This document shows positions 52,601 through 64,000 of a stretch of DNA of 64,000 bases, piece after piece. A program made the translations under genes and the position numbers. The stretch comes from Phoronis australis (taxonomy: Eukaryota; Animalia; Phoronida): positions 138,597 to 202,596 of the forward strand of contig NMRA01000652.1 of assembly GCA_002633005.1 (NCBI GenBank). The letters are read 5' to 3'. Numbering within the stretch: position 1 is the first letter of the stretch; each line of letters opens with the position of its first letter. The notes beneath the pieces are model-generated. The model was not told the origin of the DNA. It saw nothing but the letters and a program-made list of their open reading frames with translations, and did no database searches.

Positions 52601-55224
52601 CCCGCCCCCTTGTGCAGAAATACTTGAAGTAGATCACTACAGGCCATGTTTTAACGTGTATTAAAATACGTACACCTATTGTCAACACCCATCAGTGACA
52701 ATTCGTAAGTCAACAGTAGCGTGTACTATCGGATAGAAGTGAACAGGTTATCTCTGCTTGTAGCCAGATGCGGCATTTTCAGACGAAAACAAGGTGGCTT
52801 CGTTTTATCAGAGAAGACGGTGTGGCGCAGTGCTTTGAGCTTCAGACTTCCGTTTGTAAGATTCGGGTTCAAATCTTGATTTAATTGGCAGACAGTCGAG
52901 CATTGCACAAAAGTTTGCCTCCCGAGACAGTGCAGGTGTCAGGATTAAATCGTAGCAACTGGCATAGGCGAGGGGCCGAGGTTAGTCGAGAAAAGAAAGA
53001 CAGCGAAACAAGTATTTTAGAGAACATTCAAGAGAATATTTGTCAAAGCAGTGCTTGATTTCCCATTTTAGGACCTTATCTATTGTTATTGAGAGGCCGA
53101 TTTAAAGCATAATGAATTTTCCGGGTTTAAAATTCAAGAAAATAGGGAATGCAAAACTTTATTTATCTTGCTGGAGTCATCTGTCGCGTTCTTTTTTCTT
53201 CGTTTTCTTTCCTCAAAAATTGTATGTTATTTGATAAAAATTTGAGAACCTGAAGGATTTTACCAATTGCTGCTCATTTCCTGTTTTTGAAATTATAGAT
53301 CCTTGCACATTTATGGGCCCAGCCCTTAGAGAGGGCCCCTTCATGTTTTTATTGATAACTTCTTTGGAGGTAAGACCCAATGATGGATTCAATTGCCGTT
53401 GTTTTCTCGTTTGTGTGAAATTGAACAACGTTGTATGTTAAGGAAGGTCTCTCCTTCAACCGGGTAAGAGTGTTTCTCAATAATAAGTTCCAACTTAGAG
53501 ACCAATCGTATATAACAACAGCTCCGTCGACACACAAACTTACCCTTGAGCAAGTTACTCCTGGAACTTGTCGCTAGGTTGGGGTTGTGTGAACTCTATT
53601 TAAACCAGTACAACTTGCCCCACTTGTGACAACCTTTACTGGGGAAAGGTATTACCCATTTTCTAGACTAATTTTCGCCACTTCTAATCGCAGTGTGACC
53701 GCAATCCTGTGGAAGTAATTATCAGCTTCGGTCACATAACAGATTCTCATCAGTTGTTCATTGTCATAAACGGAGCAACTTTTACGCCTTACTCCAGCGA
53801 ACAATCGGATTTTTGTACGTGGATGCGCCACTTAAAATTGGGATAAGTTGCACTCCATTGCAAATTGTTCAAGAGTAGGCTGTGTGTGGTTTACCCGACG
53901 GAACTGGTAAAGTCTCAGAGCAGAATGTGAACAAGGCATTCGGAATCAGTGTCCGAAGTACTGCAAAACAATAATGTTATCTCGTGACCAATGCAACTAG
54001 ACTGCCTAACACAGTACGTATAACACATTTTAATTGTAAAAAGTGGATTTCACTTGGTGGCAGTAACTAAAAAATGGTCCATCCTACAAATGCGTGTATA
54101 TTTACTTCGTAACTCAACAGTTGCGTGTACTGTCGTACGAAGTTAGATCTTGTCAGATTATTTCTACATGCGATATTTTTCGAAGAATGCAAAACCGGTC
54201 ATTTTCTTTCTGCTTATACCCAAACACGGAGATCTGGAAATAAACCTATGAAATCTATCTAGCCTGTCTTAAAACATGTCCTTATTGCGATATGGATTTC
54301 TTTCTTTCACACAATTGAATTGTGAGATCGACTACGATTAAATTAATGTGGTTCAATCTAGGAAGGGTTGGCCAAGATTCGTTGACACATCTTTATTTGC
54401 ATATGCTCTGAACCATTTGTTAACAGATAAGGGTCAATTTCAATCATGATAAGAAAATGTTGCTTAAAATGCATTTTTGTAACTGATTAACCTCACGGAT
54501 CATCAAACAGGAGTTTGTTCATTCCAGGACAAAGCCCAGTGGCACGAACTTGGGGTTGCGGTCGGTGGGGATAAAGAGCATCTTTTGGCAATCCATCGGC
54601 GAGCTCCAGTGGAAACAAATCATCCCCAAACTGTGAACGATGAACCACTTTGAAGACTAGTCGTCGTACATCATCCTGCACTGCGCTGGCAACGACATCG
54701 GTCACACCAAATCGCATGAGCTACGCACCACTCACAAGTTATGCACTTCCTGAGATTACAACAAATTTCTAAACAGTACAATTGTTTGGTCCGCAATACT
54801 ACCACGATTACAATGACGAAGAGGTAACATGAAAGTCGTGAACAACGCAAGGGCTAGAATCAACTCCATGGCGGCTAAGACTGCTCTCACTCATTTTGGG
54901 TGCTACATCAGGCACCCTGACATACAGCAGACACCACGTTGTTGTTCGAGCCACCTGTCGCCTGGACACGATATTTTTCCCAATGCTATAAAGGGTGTCT
55001 TAGAGCAATTCACTGCTGGCGGACATAAGGTGTATGGTCAATAGCTCTCTCACTTATGCTTAGGTAAGAGTCTTCTAAATGGTACTTTGTTTGAGGTATG
55101 TCACCATATTATAATCTATTGTGTAACTGCCCCTGTACTTTTTCGCTCATCCCCTACCACTCCTATTAGTCTCTGAGTACAAGAATCACGGCGGTGGATT
55201 ATTCATTCACGAACAACCCATTTA

Positions 55225-56561
55225 GCACAAACTGAGCCACAACACCAAGTTGCTTACAATATCTCTTTTTATCATTCCGGCTGGTCTGCTCAATCAGCTT
55301 GTCCGGAACCTGTTTTACCAGGTTAATTTTTATAGCCCAGTTGGCTGTTTGGTGTGCCCTCTTGGTACTTTATGTGATATTTGTCCATTTGGCAGTTTGT
55401 ATCCATTTGATACTTATCATTGAATATGTGGTCAGTTTGCTCCATCCACTTGGTAGGCATTTGACCAATACCCATTTGGTATTACGTACCCAATTGGTAC
55501 TATACTAACCTCTGCGACTCTTTATCCGATACTCAATTACACATTGGATTTTGTGAATGTGTATGCTTTCTTTTGTAATTAAGGAACCCATCTGGTACCT
55601 TCTGTAATATGATTAATTGCGAAAGCCATGGCCCTGAAATTCTCAAAACAACTTAATATATATAATTATACATTATTTCTGTGTTGTTTTTATTTGTCCC
55701 CAAAAATGAGATTGATGGCACTCTGACATGAATCCTATTATTTCAGCAAATACTGTTTTACAACTCTTGAGGCTTCACATACAATAAATACTTATTTCCG
55801 GTTGTTCTTTCTCTGTAGCTTACGATTGGCCCAGCGTCTACGAACAATATAGTCACTCGTAAGTTTTTCCCATTTACGCAATTTTATACCTATCCCACTC
55901 ATCTTACCCTATGTTGTAAAAAAATTGGTGCTGGTTATTGCTTTTATTACAGCCACTGCTGGTACCTCCTTCAAGCCCAAAGTGTGCTGCCGTCAAGTAA
56001 GAAAAGACTCCATTGGCTAGCGACCATAACTTCGCTCGAGTTTCCATCACCGCAAATTGCGTTTCTCTATCCTAGTCACAGCTCTCAGGACAATGGGCAC
56101 AAAATGAGCCACAACACCACGTTCATTTCAAGATCTCTTTTTATCACTCTACTTGGTCTGCTCATTCAGCTTGTCCGGAATCTGCTTTGCCAGGTTGTTA
56201 TAGCCCAGTTGGATGTTTGGCGTATCCACTTGGTACTTTATATGATATTTTCCCATTTGTCAGTTTGTATCCATTTGGTATTTATTATTGAGTATTCCGT
56301 TTTCCTCGACCCACTTAGTAGGCAATCAGCCAATACCCATTTTAGTATTATACACCCATTTGGTACTACACAAACATGTCCCACTTTGTATGCGATACTA
56401 AGTTATATATTGGGTATTTTAAATGCTTATGTTATCTCTTGTAATTAAAACACCCATCTGGTATCTTCTGTAAAAGGATTAATTGTAGAGCCCTGACTGA
56501 AATTACCAATACAATTTAAAATACATATTACTGTTGTGCTGATATGCTTGTCCCCAATAAT
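55225..56561. repeat. Diverged direct duplication of about 470-480 bp (55225-55707 and 56097-56561)
   Basis: Collinear match from gcacaaa.tgagccacaacacca to ttgtccccaa.aat; internal repeated cca(t/c)ttggta motifs. Confidence 0.85.
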
Positions 56562-57763
56562 CAAAACTCACTTGAGAAAAACTCTCCTAAAGGTCTCTCA
56601 GAAATCATACACAAGATGCTGAAGTAATTTCTATACCTTATTTAAAAGTACGTGATGTGACCGTAATTAAAAGGCTAATCCATTCCCAGCAGATATGAAA
56701 TTGGAGAGTAAGACAAACTACAAGTCTTAAATGTTAAGACTGTCTTCATGAAACGGACCCTAGAAATGGTTTTGGTCTTGCGAAAATGTCACGCACTAGT
56801 GTCAATTGAACAGCAATGTTACCTGTGCAGCGGCAAAAATAGCTCGCGTTAGCACATGTACCGTGTAAGAAGACGTTGAAATGTAGATCAATCTTTGCAT
56901 TGCAGAGTCCGTTTCTTGTAGTGGCAGGAACCACTTGCTACACAGACCTATACTAATTCAGACGTTGCCTCTGCGTTCAATGCTCTGTATTTGAGATAGC
57001 CTTCGAGAGTTAACCAAAACATAAAAAACAGATCCAAAACTGTCTTTACCTTGGCAATCACTTTACAACATGATAAGAGGAAGCTTTCCATATATTTTAG
57101 GACCTTTTTCGCTTACAGTGTATTTTTGCTGTTCATTTGCCCTTTCGCTTTGTTTTTGAAGCAGTTGTTTCGATGTCAGCGTCACCACCAGTCTCAAAGT
57201 AAATAAACAATGCATGAGTACATTTTATGACACCCTGAATGAATATCCGAAATGCATCAATATCTTTGAGAAAGATTCTAGATTTGAAAAATTGTCTGAG
57301 ATACTTCTTAATTTTGGAAAGCGGATGATTGGGATCTTCCCAATTTCAGCTTTTATTTAAGTTCATTGAATTAAGCTTCATGCATTCTAACAAAACTCTT
57401 AAAAGATGAGCTTCTAACTGTCAAAACTGATCTACGAGTCAGTCTATAGTCTTAGAATAAACGCATATTTAAACAAGCAACCAACAAATTTGTTGTTTAT
57501 CAAAACAGAATATTAAACCAATATTCGAAGGTGTGCTCGCAGATTTTTGACGGGCAACTGGGGAAACATGGAGGACACAGCATCCAACGACGTTTGGGAT
57601 TTCGCCCAGAATAATTCGGAATTAATTTGTATTTTGGTTCCTCCTACAGTTGGCTGTTACGATTTATGAGTTAAACTCGAGCTTAAAAATCGCTGAAATA
57701 TTTTTTGATGACTGTCAGAACATTGACTGTACAGTACTTTAAGTATCTTAATCCGTACATGTT

Positions 57764-58507
57764 CACTGTCACGGGTAAGAAACAACATGACAGCTGGACC
57801 CAAAACATCACCGAAAGTCCTCCAAATCAGACAGACTCACCACAAAACAGGACCTACGGGGACCAGATGACACTGTCGCACCAGAAAATGGAACCGACGC
57901 ACCTTAAAACAAGACCGCCGGACAAAATGTAGTTATGAATCATACTGCGGGGTTTGATGTAACCGGCCAGCTAGCTGTATAAAGACTATCGCCCAAAATA
58001 CAGCCTGGTAGCCCGTGCGTTAAGCCCCGTCAGACGCCGAAATTTAACACAGCCCGGGTGGTTCTACTCGCAACCTGAAGAACTAACGACCGGCGGAGGT
58101 GCATGCAAAATCTGGGAATCAACCGACACTCGCCTTGCCCGTTGAATCCGTTTGAGTAAAAAACAATTTAATGGACGTCATCTTCTTGCATAATTCTTTG
58201 ACTTTTCTAACAAAGAAAAATCTGTCGCGCTCGATTCATAAGGTGCATAACACCTGCACGTAGGCCTACACTGTCAAATGACAGGTCATAAAACTAAGCC
58301 TGCCTGTCATTGCGGTAAAAAACAGTCCCCAGGTATCATGTTCAATCTCCGGCAGTCCTGTTTTTTGGTGGAGCGGTCATGTTTTTAGGTGAGTCGGTCC
58401 CATTTTCTGCTGCGGCTGTCCCATTTGATCCCCGTAGGTCCTGAATTGTGGTGAGGCGGTCCGTTTTGGAGGACCGGCGGTCGTGTTGTTTCTCACCCAT
58501 GACTGTG
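57764..58507. mobile_element. Non-autonomous DNA transposon/MITE with long (about 150-bp) imperfect TIRs starting CAC
   Basis: Left cactgtcacgggtaagaaacaacatgac...caggacctacgggga...agaaaatgg.accgac..acct is mirrored by the right arm ending gtcgtgttgtttctcacccatgactgtg. No clear TSD. Confidence 0.8.
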
Positions 58508-59839
58508 CACGGTCATCAAAATCGGAGCTCCCACAATCTAATTGACATATGCAAAATTAAAGGTTAATTCTAACTTTGAGCGACCTTCTAAGAAGTGACA
58601 TTCTGTAACAAGAAGCTGTGTGATTTAAAAAAAAACGGAGTACAGAAGTAATCAATTCCATCAGTGTGACTTCTCTCCGTGAGCAGCAAGTTTTTTCAAT
58701 AAAAACACAAAATGGGTGACTGCGTGGATGCCCAGGACGGATCCCTCAATACAAAAAGGTTTATTACTTCAATAGACAGAAAATGAACAGCTAGTGGGGC
58801 TATCTGTTTGGTTATCAACTTTTCACAAATGACTTTACATTTTGTTTCGACAAAAAGGAAGAAAGAGACTAACGTAACGGGGGACTTGAAAAACATAGTT
58901 TTGCATCGAATTTAATTGAAAAAACAATGAATTACGGTTATGTGTAAAAGCTGCGCCTTAAACAATTTATCAAATTTTTGAAATACTTGCACGAATGACT
59001 AAGTGCAAATTTAAAGTGCATTTATGCTATCTGTGCTGCAAACAATTGGATACTCTAAAAATGATGTCCATGATAGTGCTCTTAAAGGGTAAATCAAGCA
59101 ATGGTAGTTGACAAACGTTTCATGAATTTTCTCTTCCGTTTGTTTCCAGTCTTTCTTTTCGCCGTTATCCCTGGTAGTCCACGCCTATACAAGTTTTCAC
59201 GAACTAATTATGACGCCTGAAAACTTTAGGAAACCATATGCCCCACCCCCGCTTCTCATGTCCCTTTGTAAATCTTTACTCTGATGTGGAACATTCCCTG
59301 GTTGACATCAAATTCATCGCAACCTTTCCGTAAACGCCAACGCACCTATTCCGTGTTCCAGGCACAGGTCACGTGTTGCTTTCAGGTATCACATGGAGTT
59401 GTTCGTCAATTGTTAGTGAAACAACTTTGAATGGAGTTGACTGCCACAACACCATACCACTCTAGTCCACTCGTCAGTGAATTGTTGCANGCGCAAAGGT
59501 GTGCATCACTCAGCCACAGACATGGGAGCACGGCAGTCACGATTATGACGCCATGATGCGCTGGAAGTGCGCTTGCCACTATCGAAGATTTGATTGCTGA
59601 CTGTTTGAATATAACTCTGCACAATCTAACCTTAACTATAACACTAACGCGCTGACGAAAGCACCATAACCCCAGCCAGTAATCAAATCTTTTGAGGGTG
59701 GTTCCTTTCTTCCTCACGAACTTTACCCGAGGGAAGGCATTGTGACGACCGATCCAGATGGTTAAGAACACCACAGAGGGCGGTTGCAGGAACAAGAATT
59801 TGGTCAAGTATGCAATTGCTAAGATTGTCTGTGTTCTGA

Positions 59840-62800
59840 AGTATATTGTGTGTCGTGTGTAATTCATGTAATTGACTTGTTATCATGTATAGTATGTGTT
59901 TTCTGCATTACTTGACTTATCATGTTTATTGTTTTTTTGTTTTCTAATTGACCAGTTACCATGTTTACTAAGTGTCGTGTATATTGAGGTGTTACCATAA
60001 TTATTGTGTCAATGTTATCATGTATATTATTTGTCATATATCGTCTTTCGTGTAGATTAATTGCATTGTTGTGAAGTTTATTAAGTGATGTAATTTAATT
60101 AATTGGTGTATGTTGTGGATGGTGTATACTTGTTGAATTGTTGTGTAACATGTTCATTAATTGATCTCTTCCTCCTAAAGATTAAGAAGACGACAGACGG
60201 CGGCCGCCAGGACATCAAACAGGTCAAGTATTCAATTATTTGAATTGTCAGTATCATCATGTATAATAGTTGTCATGTATATTATTGTTCATTGTGTGTT
60301 TTAAGTATATTAATTGACCTGCTTCCATTTTTATTGTGTGTCGTGTGTATTAATTGTCAAGTTATTACGTTCGTGTGCCTTGCATATTATTTGATTTCTT
60401 ACCATGTATTGTGTAACGTGTACATTAATTGCAATTTTATCAATGTTATTATGTGGTGTATATTACTTGACTTTGTATCATAGATGTTGTGGGTGTTGTT
60501 TATCTCGTGATTTGCTACTGTGTAATCTGTATATTAATTGACCTATTAGTCCTAAAGATTGAGAAGACGACAGACGGCGGCCGCCAGGACATCACTCAGG
60601 TCAAGTATTGAATTATTTATATAGTCAGTGTTATCAGGTATATTATATGTCGTGTACATTAATTTAGCTTTTATCATATTCATTGTGTGTTCTATGTATA
60701 TTAAGTGACCTGCTTCCATGTTTATTAAGTGTCGTGTGTGTTAATTGTCAAGTTATTACGTTCGTGTGTCTTGCATATTATTTGATTTCTTACCATGTAT
60801 TGTGTGACGTATAATTGCAATTTTATCAATGTTATTATGTGGTGTATATTACTTGATTTTGTATCATGTATGTTGTGGGTGTTGTTTATTTCTTGATTTG
60901 CTACTGTGTAATCTGTACATTAATTGACCTATTCCTCCTAAAGATTGAGAAGACGACAGACGGCGGCCGCCAGGACATCACACAGGTCAAGTATTGAATT
61001 ATTTAAATAATCAGTGTTATCAGGTATATTATTTGTCGTGTATATTAATTTACCTTGTATCATATTCATTGTGTGTTTTATGTATATGAATTGACCTGCT
61101 TCCATGTTTATTAAGTGTCGTGTGTATCAATTGTCAAGTTATTACGTTCGTGTGTCTTGCATATTATTTGATTTCTTACCAAGTATTGTGTAACGTGTAC
61201 ATTAATTGCAATTTTATCAATGTTATCATGTGGTGTATATTACTTGACTTTGTATCATGTATGTTGTGGGTGTTGTTTATTTCTTGATTTGCTACTGTGT
61301 AATCTGTACATTAATTGACCTATTCCCCCTAAAGATTGAGAAGACGACAGACGGCGGCCGCCAGGACATCACACAGGTCAAGTATTGAATTATTTATATA
61401 GTCAGTGTTATCAGGTATATTATATGTCGTGTACATTAATTTAGCTTTTATCATATTCATTGTGTGTTTTATGTATATTAATTGACCTGCTTCCATGTTT
61501 ATTATGTGTCGTGTGTATTAATTGTCAACTTATTACGTTCGTGTGTCTTGCATATTATTTGATTTCTTACCATGTATTGTGTGACGTGTACATTAATTGC
61601 AATTTTATCAAGGGTATATTGTGTGGTGTATATTATTTGACTTTGTATCATGTATGTTGTGGGTGTTGTATATTTGTCGAATTGCTACTGTGTATTCTGT
61701 ACATTAATTGACACATTCTTCCTTAAGATTAAGAAGAAGACAGACGGCGGCCGCCAGGACATCACCCAGGTCAAGTATTCAATTTCATAAATTGTCAGTG
61801 GTATTATGTATATTATTTGTCGTGTATTTTAATTGGTTTTTTATCATGTTTATTGTGTGCCCTTTATACTAACGGACCTGTTGTCATGTTTATTGTGTGT
61901 CTTGTATATGATTTTGTTTTGTTATCATGTATTGTGTGTAGTGTACATTGATTGAATTGTTATCGTGTGTATACATTGATGTATATTAATTGACTTGTGA
62001 TCATGAATGTTGTGGTTGGTGTATGTTTGTTGAATTGTTACTGTGTATCATGTACAATGATTGATCTACTTAAATTCTCAGTGTTATCATGTATATTACC
62101 AGTCGTGTTTATAAATTGACATTTTATCATGTTCGTTGTGTGTTTTGTGTGTATTATTTGATCTGTTTCATGTTTATTGTGTGTCGTGTGTATCAATTAT
62201 CAAGTTATTATGTTTGTGTGTCGTGCATATTATTGATTTCTTAAGATTATTGTGTGACGTGTTCATTAGTTGCAATTTAACAAGGGTATTATTTGGTGTA
62301 TATTACTTGAATTTGTATCATGCGTGTTGTGGGTGTTATGTGGTTGTTGAATCGCTACGGTGTAATTTGTACATTAATCGACATATTCCCCTAAAGACGG
62401 ACGACAGACGGCGGCCGCCAGGACATCACACAGGTCAATATTCAATTACTTAAACTTTTTGTGTTATCATGTACGTAATTTGTCGTGTATATTAATTGAC
62501 ATTTTATCATGTTCATTGTTTTTGTTGTGTATATTAACTGACCTGCTTTCATGTTTATTGTGTGTCATGTGTATTAATTTTCAAGTTATTATGCTTGTGT
62601 GTCGTGCATATTATNAATCACACAGGTCAAGTATTCAATTATCTAAATTCTCAGTATTATAATGTATATTACATGTCGTGTATATTAATTGGCTTTATAT
62701 AATGTTCATTGTGTGTTTTATGTATATTAATTGACCTGCTTCCATGTTTATTATGTGTCGTGTGTACTAATTGTCAAGTTATTATGCTTGTGTGTCGTGC

Positions 62801-64000
62801 ATATTGTTTGATTTCATACCATGTATTGTTTGACGTGTACATTAATTGCAATTTTATCAATGTTATTATATGGTGTATATTACTTGACTTTGTATCATGT
62901 ATGTTGTGGGTGTTATATATTTCTTGATTTGCTACTGTGTAATCAGTATTTTAATTGACCTATTCCTCCTAAAGATTAAGAAGAAGACAGACGGCGGCCG
63001 CCCGAACATCACACAGGTCAAGTATTTAATTTCATAAATTGTCAGTGGTATTATGTATATTATTTGTCGTGTATTTTACTTGGCTTTTTATCATATTCAT
63101 TTTGTGTTATGTATACTAAATGACCTGTTATCATATTTGTTGTTTGTCGATCACATAAATGGACCTTTTATCATGTTTATTGTGTGCCGTTTATACTAAT
63201 GGACCTGTTGTCATGTTTATTGTGTGTCTTGTATATGATTTTGTTTTATTATCATGTATTGCGTGTAGTGTGCATTGATTGAATTGTTATCGTGTGTATA
63301 CATTGATGTATATTAATTGACTTGTGTTATCATGTATATTACAAGTCGTGTTTATAAATTGACTTTTTATCATGTTCGTTGTGTCTTTTGTGTATATTAT
63401 TTGACCTGTTTCATGTTTATTGTGTGTGGTGTGTATTAATTGTCAAGTTATTATGTTTGTGTGTCGTGCATATCTTTGATTTCTTAAGATTATTGTGTGA
63501 CGTGTTCATTAGTTGCAATTTAACAAGGGTATTATTTGGTGTATATTACTTGAATTTGTATCATGCGTGTTGTGGGTGTTATAGGGTTGTTCAATTGCTA
63601 CAATGCAATTTGTACATTAATCTACCTATTCCTCCTAAAGACGGACGACAGACGGCGGCCGCCAGGACATCACACAGGTCAATATTCAATTACTTAAACT
63701 TTTTGTGTTATCATGTACGTAATTTGTGCTGTATATTAATTGACTTTTTATCATGTTCCTTGTGTTTGTTGTGTATATTAATTGACCTGCTTTCATGTTT
63801 ATTGTGTGTCATGTGTATTAATTTTCAATTTATTATGTTTGTGTGTCGTGCATATTATTTGATGTCTTACCATGTATTGTTTATCGTATACATTAATTGC
63901 ATTTTATCAATGATATTATGTAGTGTATATTACTTGACCTTGTATCATGTATGTTGTGGGTGTTGTATATTTGTTGACTTGCTTCTATTTTTCATGANCT
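59840..64000. repeat. Complex satellite: about 380-390-bp (and 580-660-bp) higher-order units of TG-rich subrepeats of about 43 bp, plus a conserved GC-rich core
   Basis: GGCGGCCGCC cores at 60199, 60576, 60962, 61353, 61746, 62410, 62993 and 63654; subrepeat tatcatgt..tgtgtcgtgtgtattaattg. Confidence 0.95.

Noticed and set aside
58030-58100. Hammerhead ribozyme (GAAA ... CTGAAGA) inside the fold-back element
   Set aside because: The required stems flanking the core boxes could not be formed.
59840-64000. CRISPR-like array (conserved repeat with spacers)
   Set aside because: Eukaryotic context, the spacers are hundreds of bp long and homologous to each other, and there are no cas genes. The Cys/Val/Ile-rich ORFs here are by-products of TG-rich repeats.

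Overview
Eukaryotic (animal, probably marine invertebrate) genomic DNA with one assembly gap. It holds three recognisable genes. (1) The terminal exon of a fibrinogen-related domain gene (+, 1032-1636). (2) A complete 12-exon TOMM70 gene (-, 19937->6809, about 609 aa). (3) A complete Na+/K+-ATPase alpha subunit gene (+, 20050-48136, about 1040 aa), whose putative start codon lies only 112 nt from the TOMM70 ATG in head-to-head orientation. The most striking feature is inside the Na,K-ATPase gene. The exon encoding TM1 plus the extracellular M1-M2 (cardiotonic-steroid-binding) loop is present in two intact, diverged versions (4a, 4b), and the next exon (TM2) in three (5a, 5b, 5c). This looks like a 2x3 mutually exclusive exon cassette that could generate up to six pump isoforms from one gene; no transcript data are available to confirm it. 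The rest is intronic and intergenic DNA with MITE-like elements, minisatellites, a diverged duplication, unidentified exon-like fragments (52-60 kb), and a higher-order satellite with a conserved GGCGGCCGCC core running off the window end. All exon boundaries were read by hand from GT/AG sites and phase continuity.
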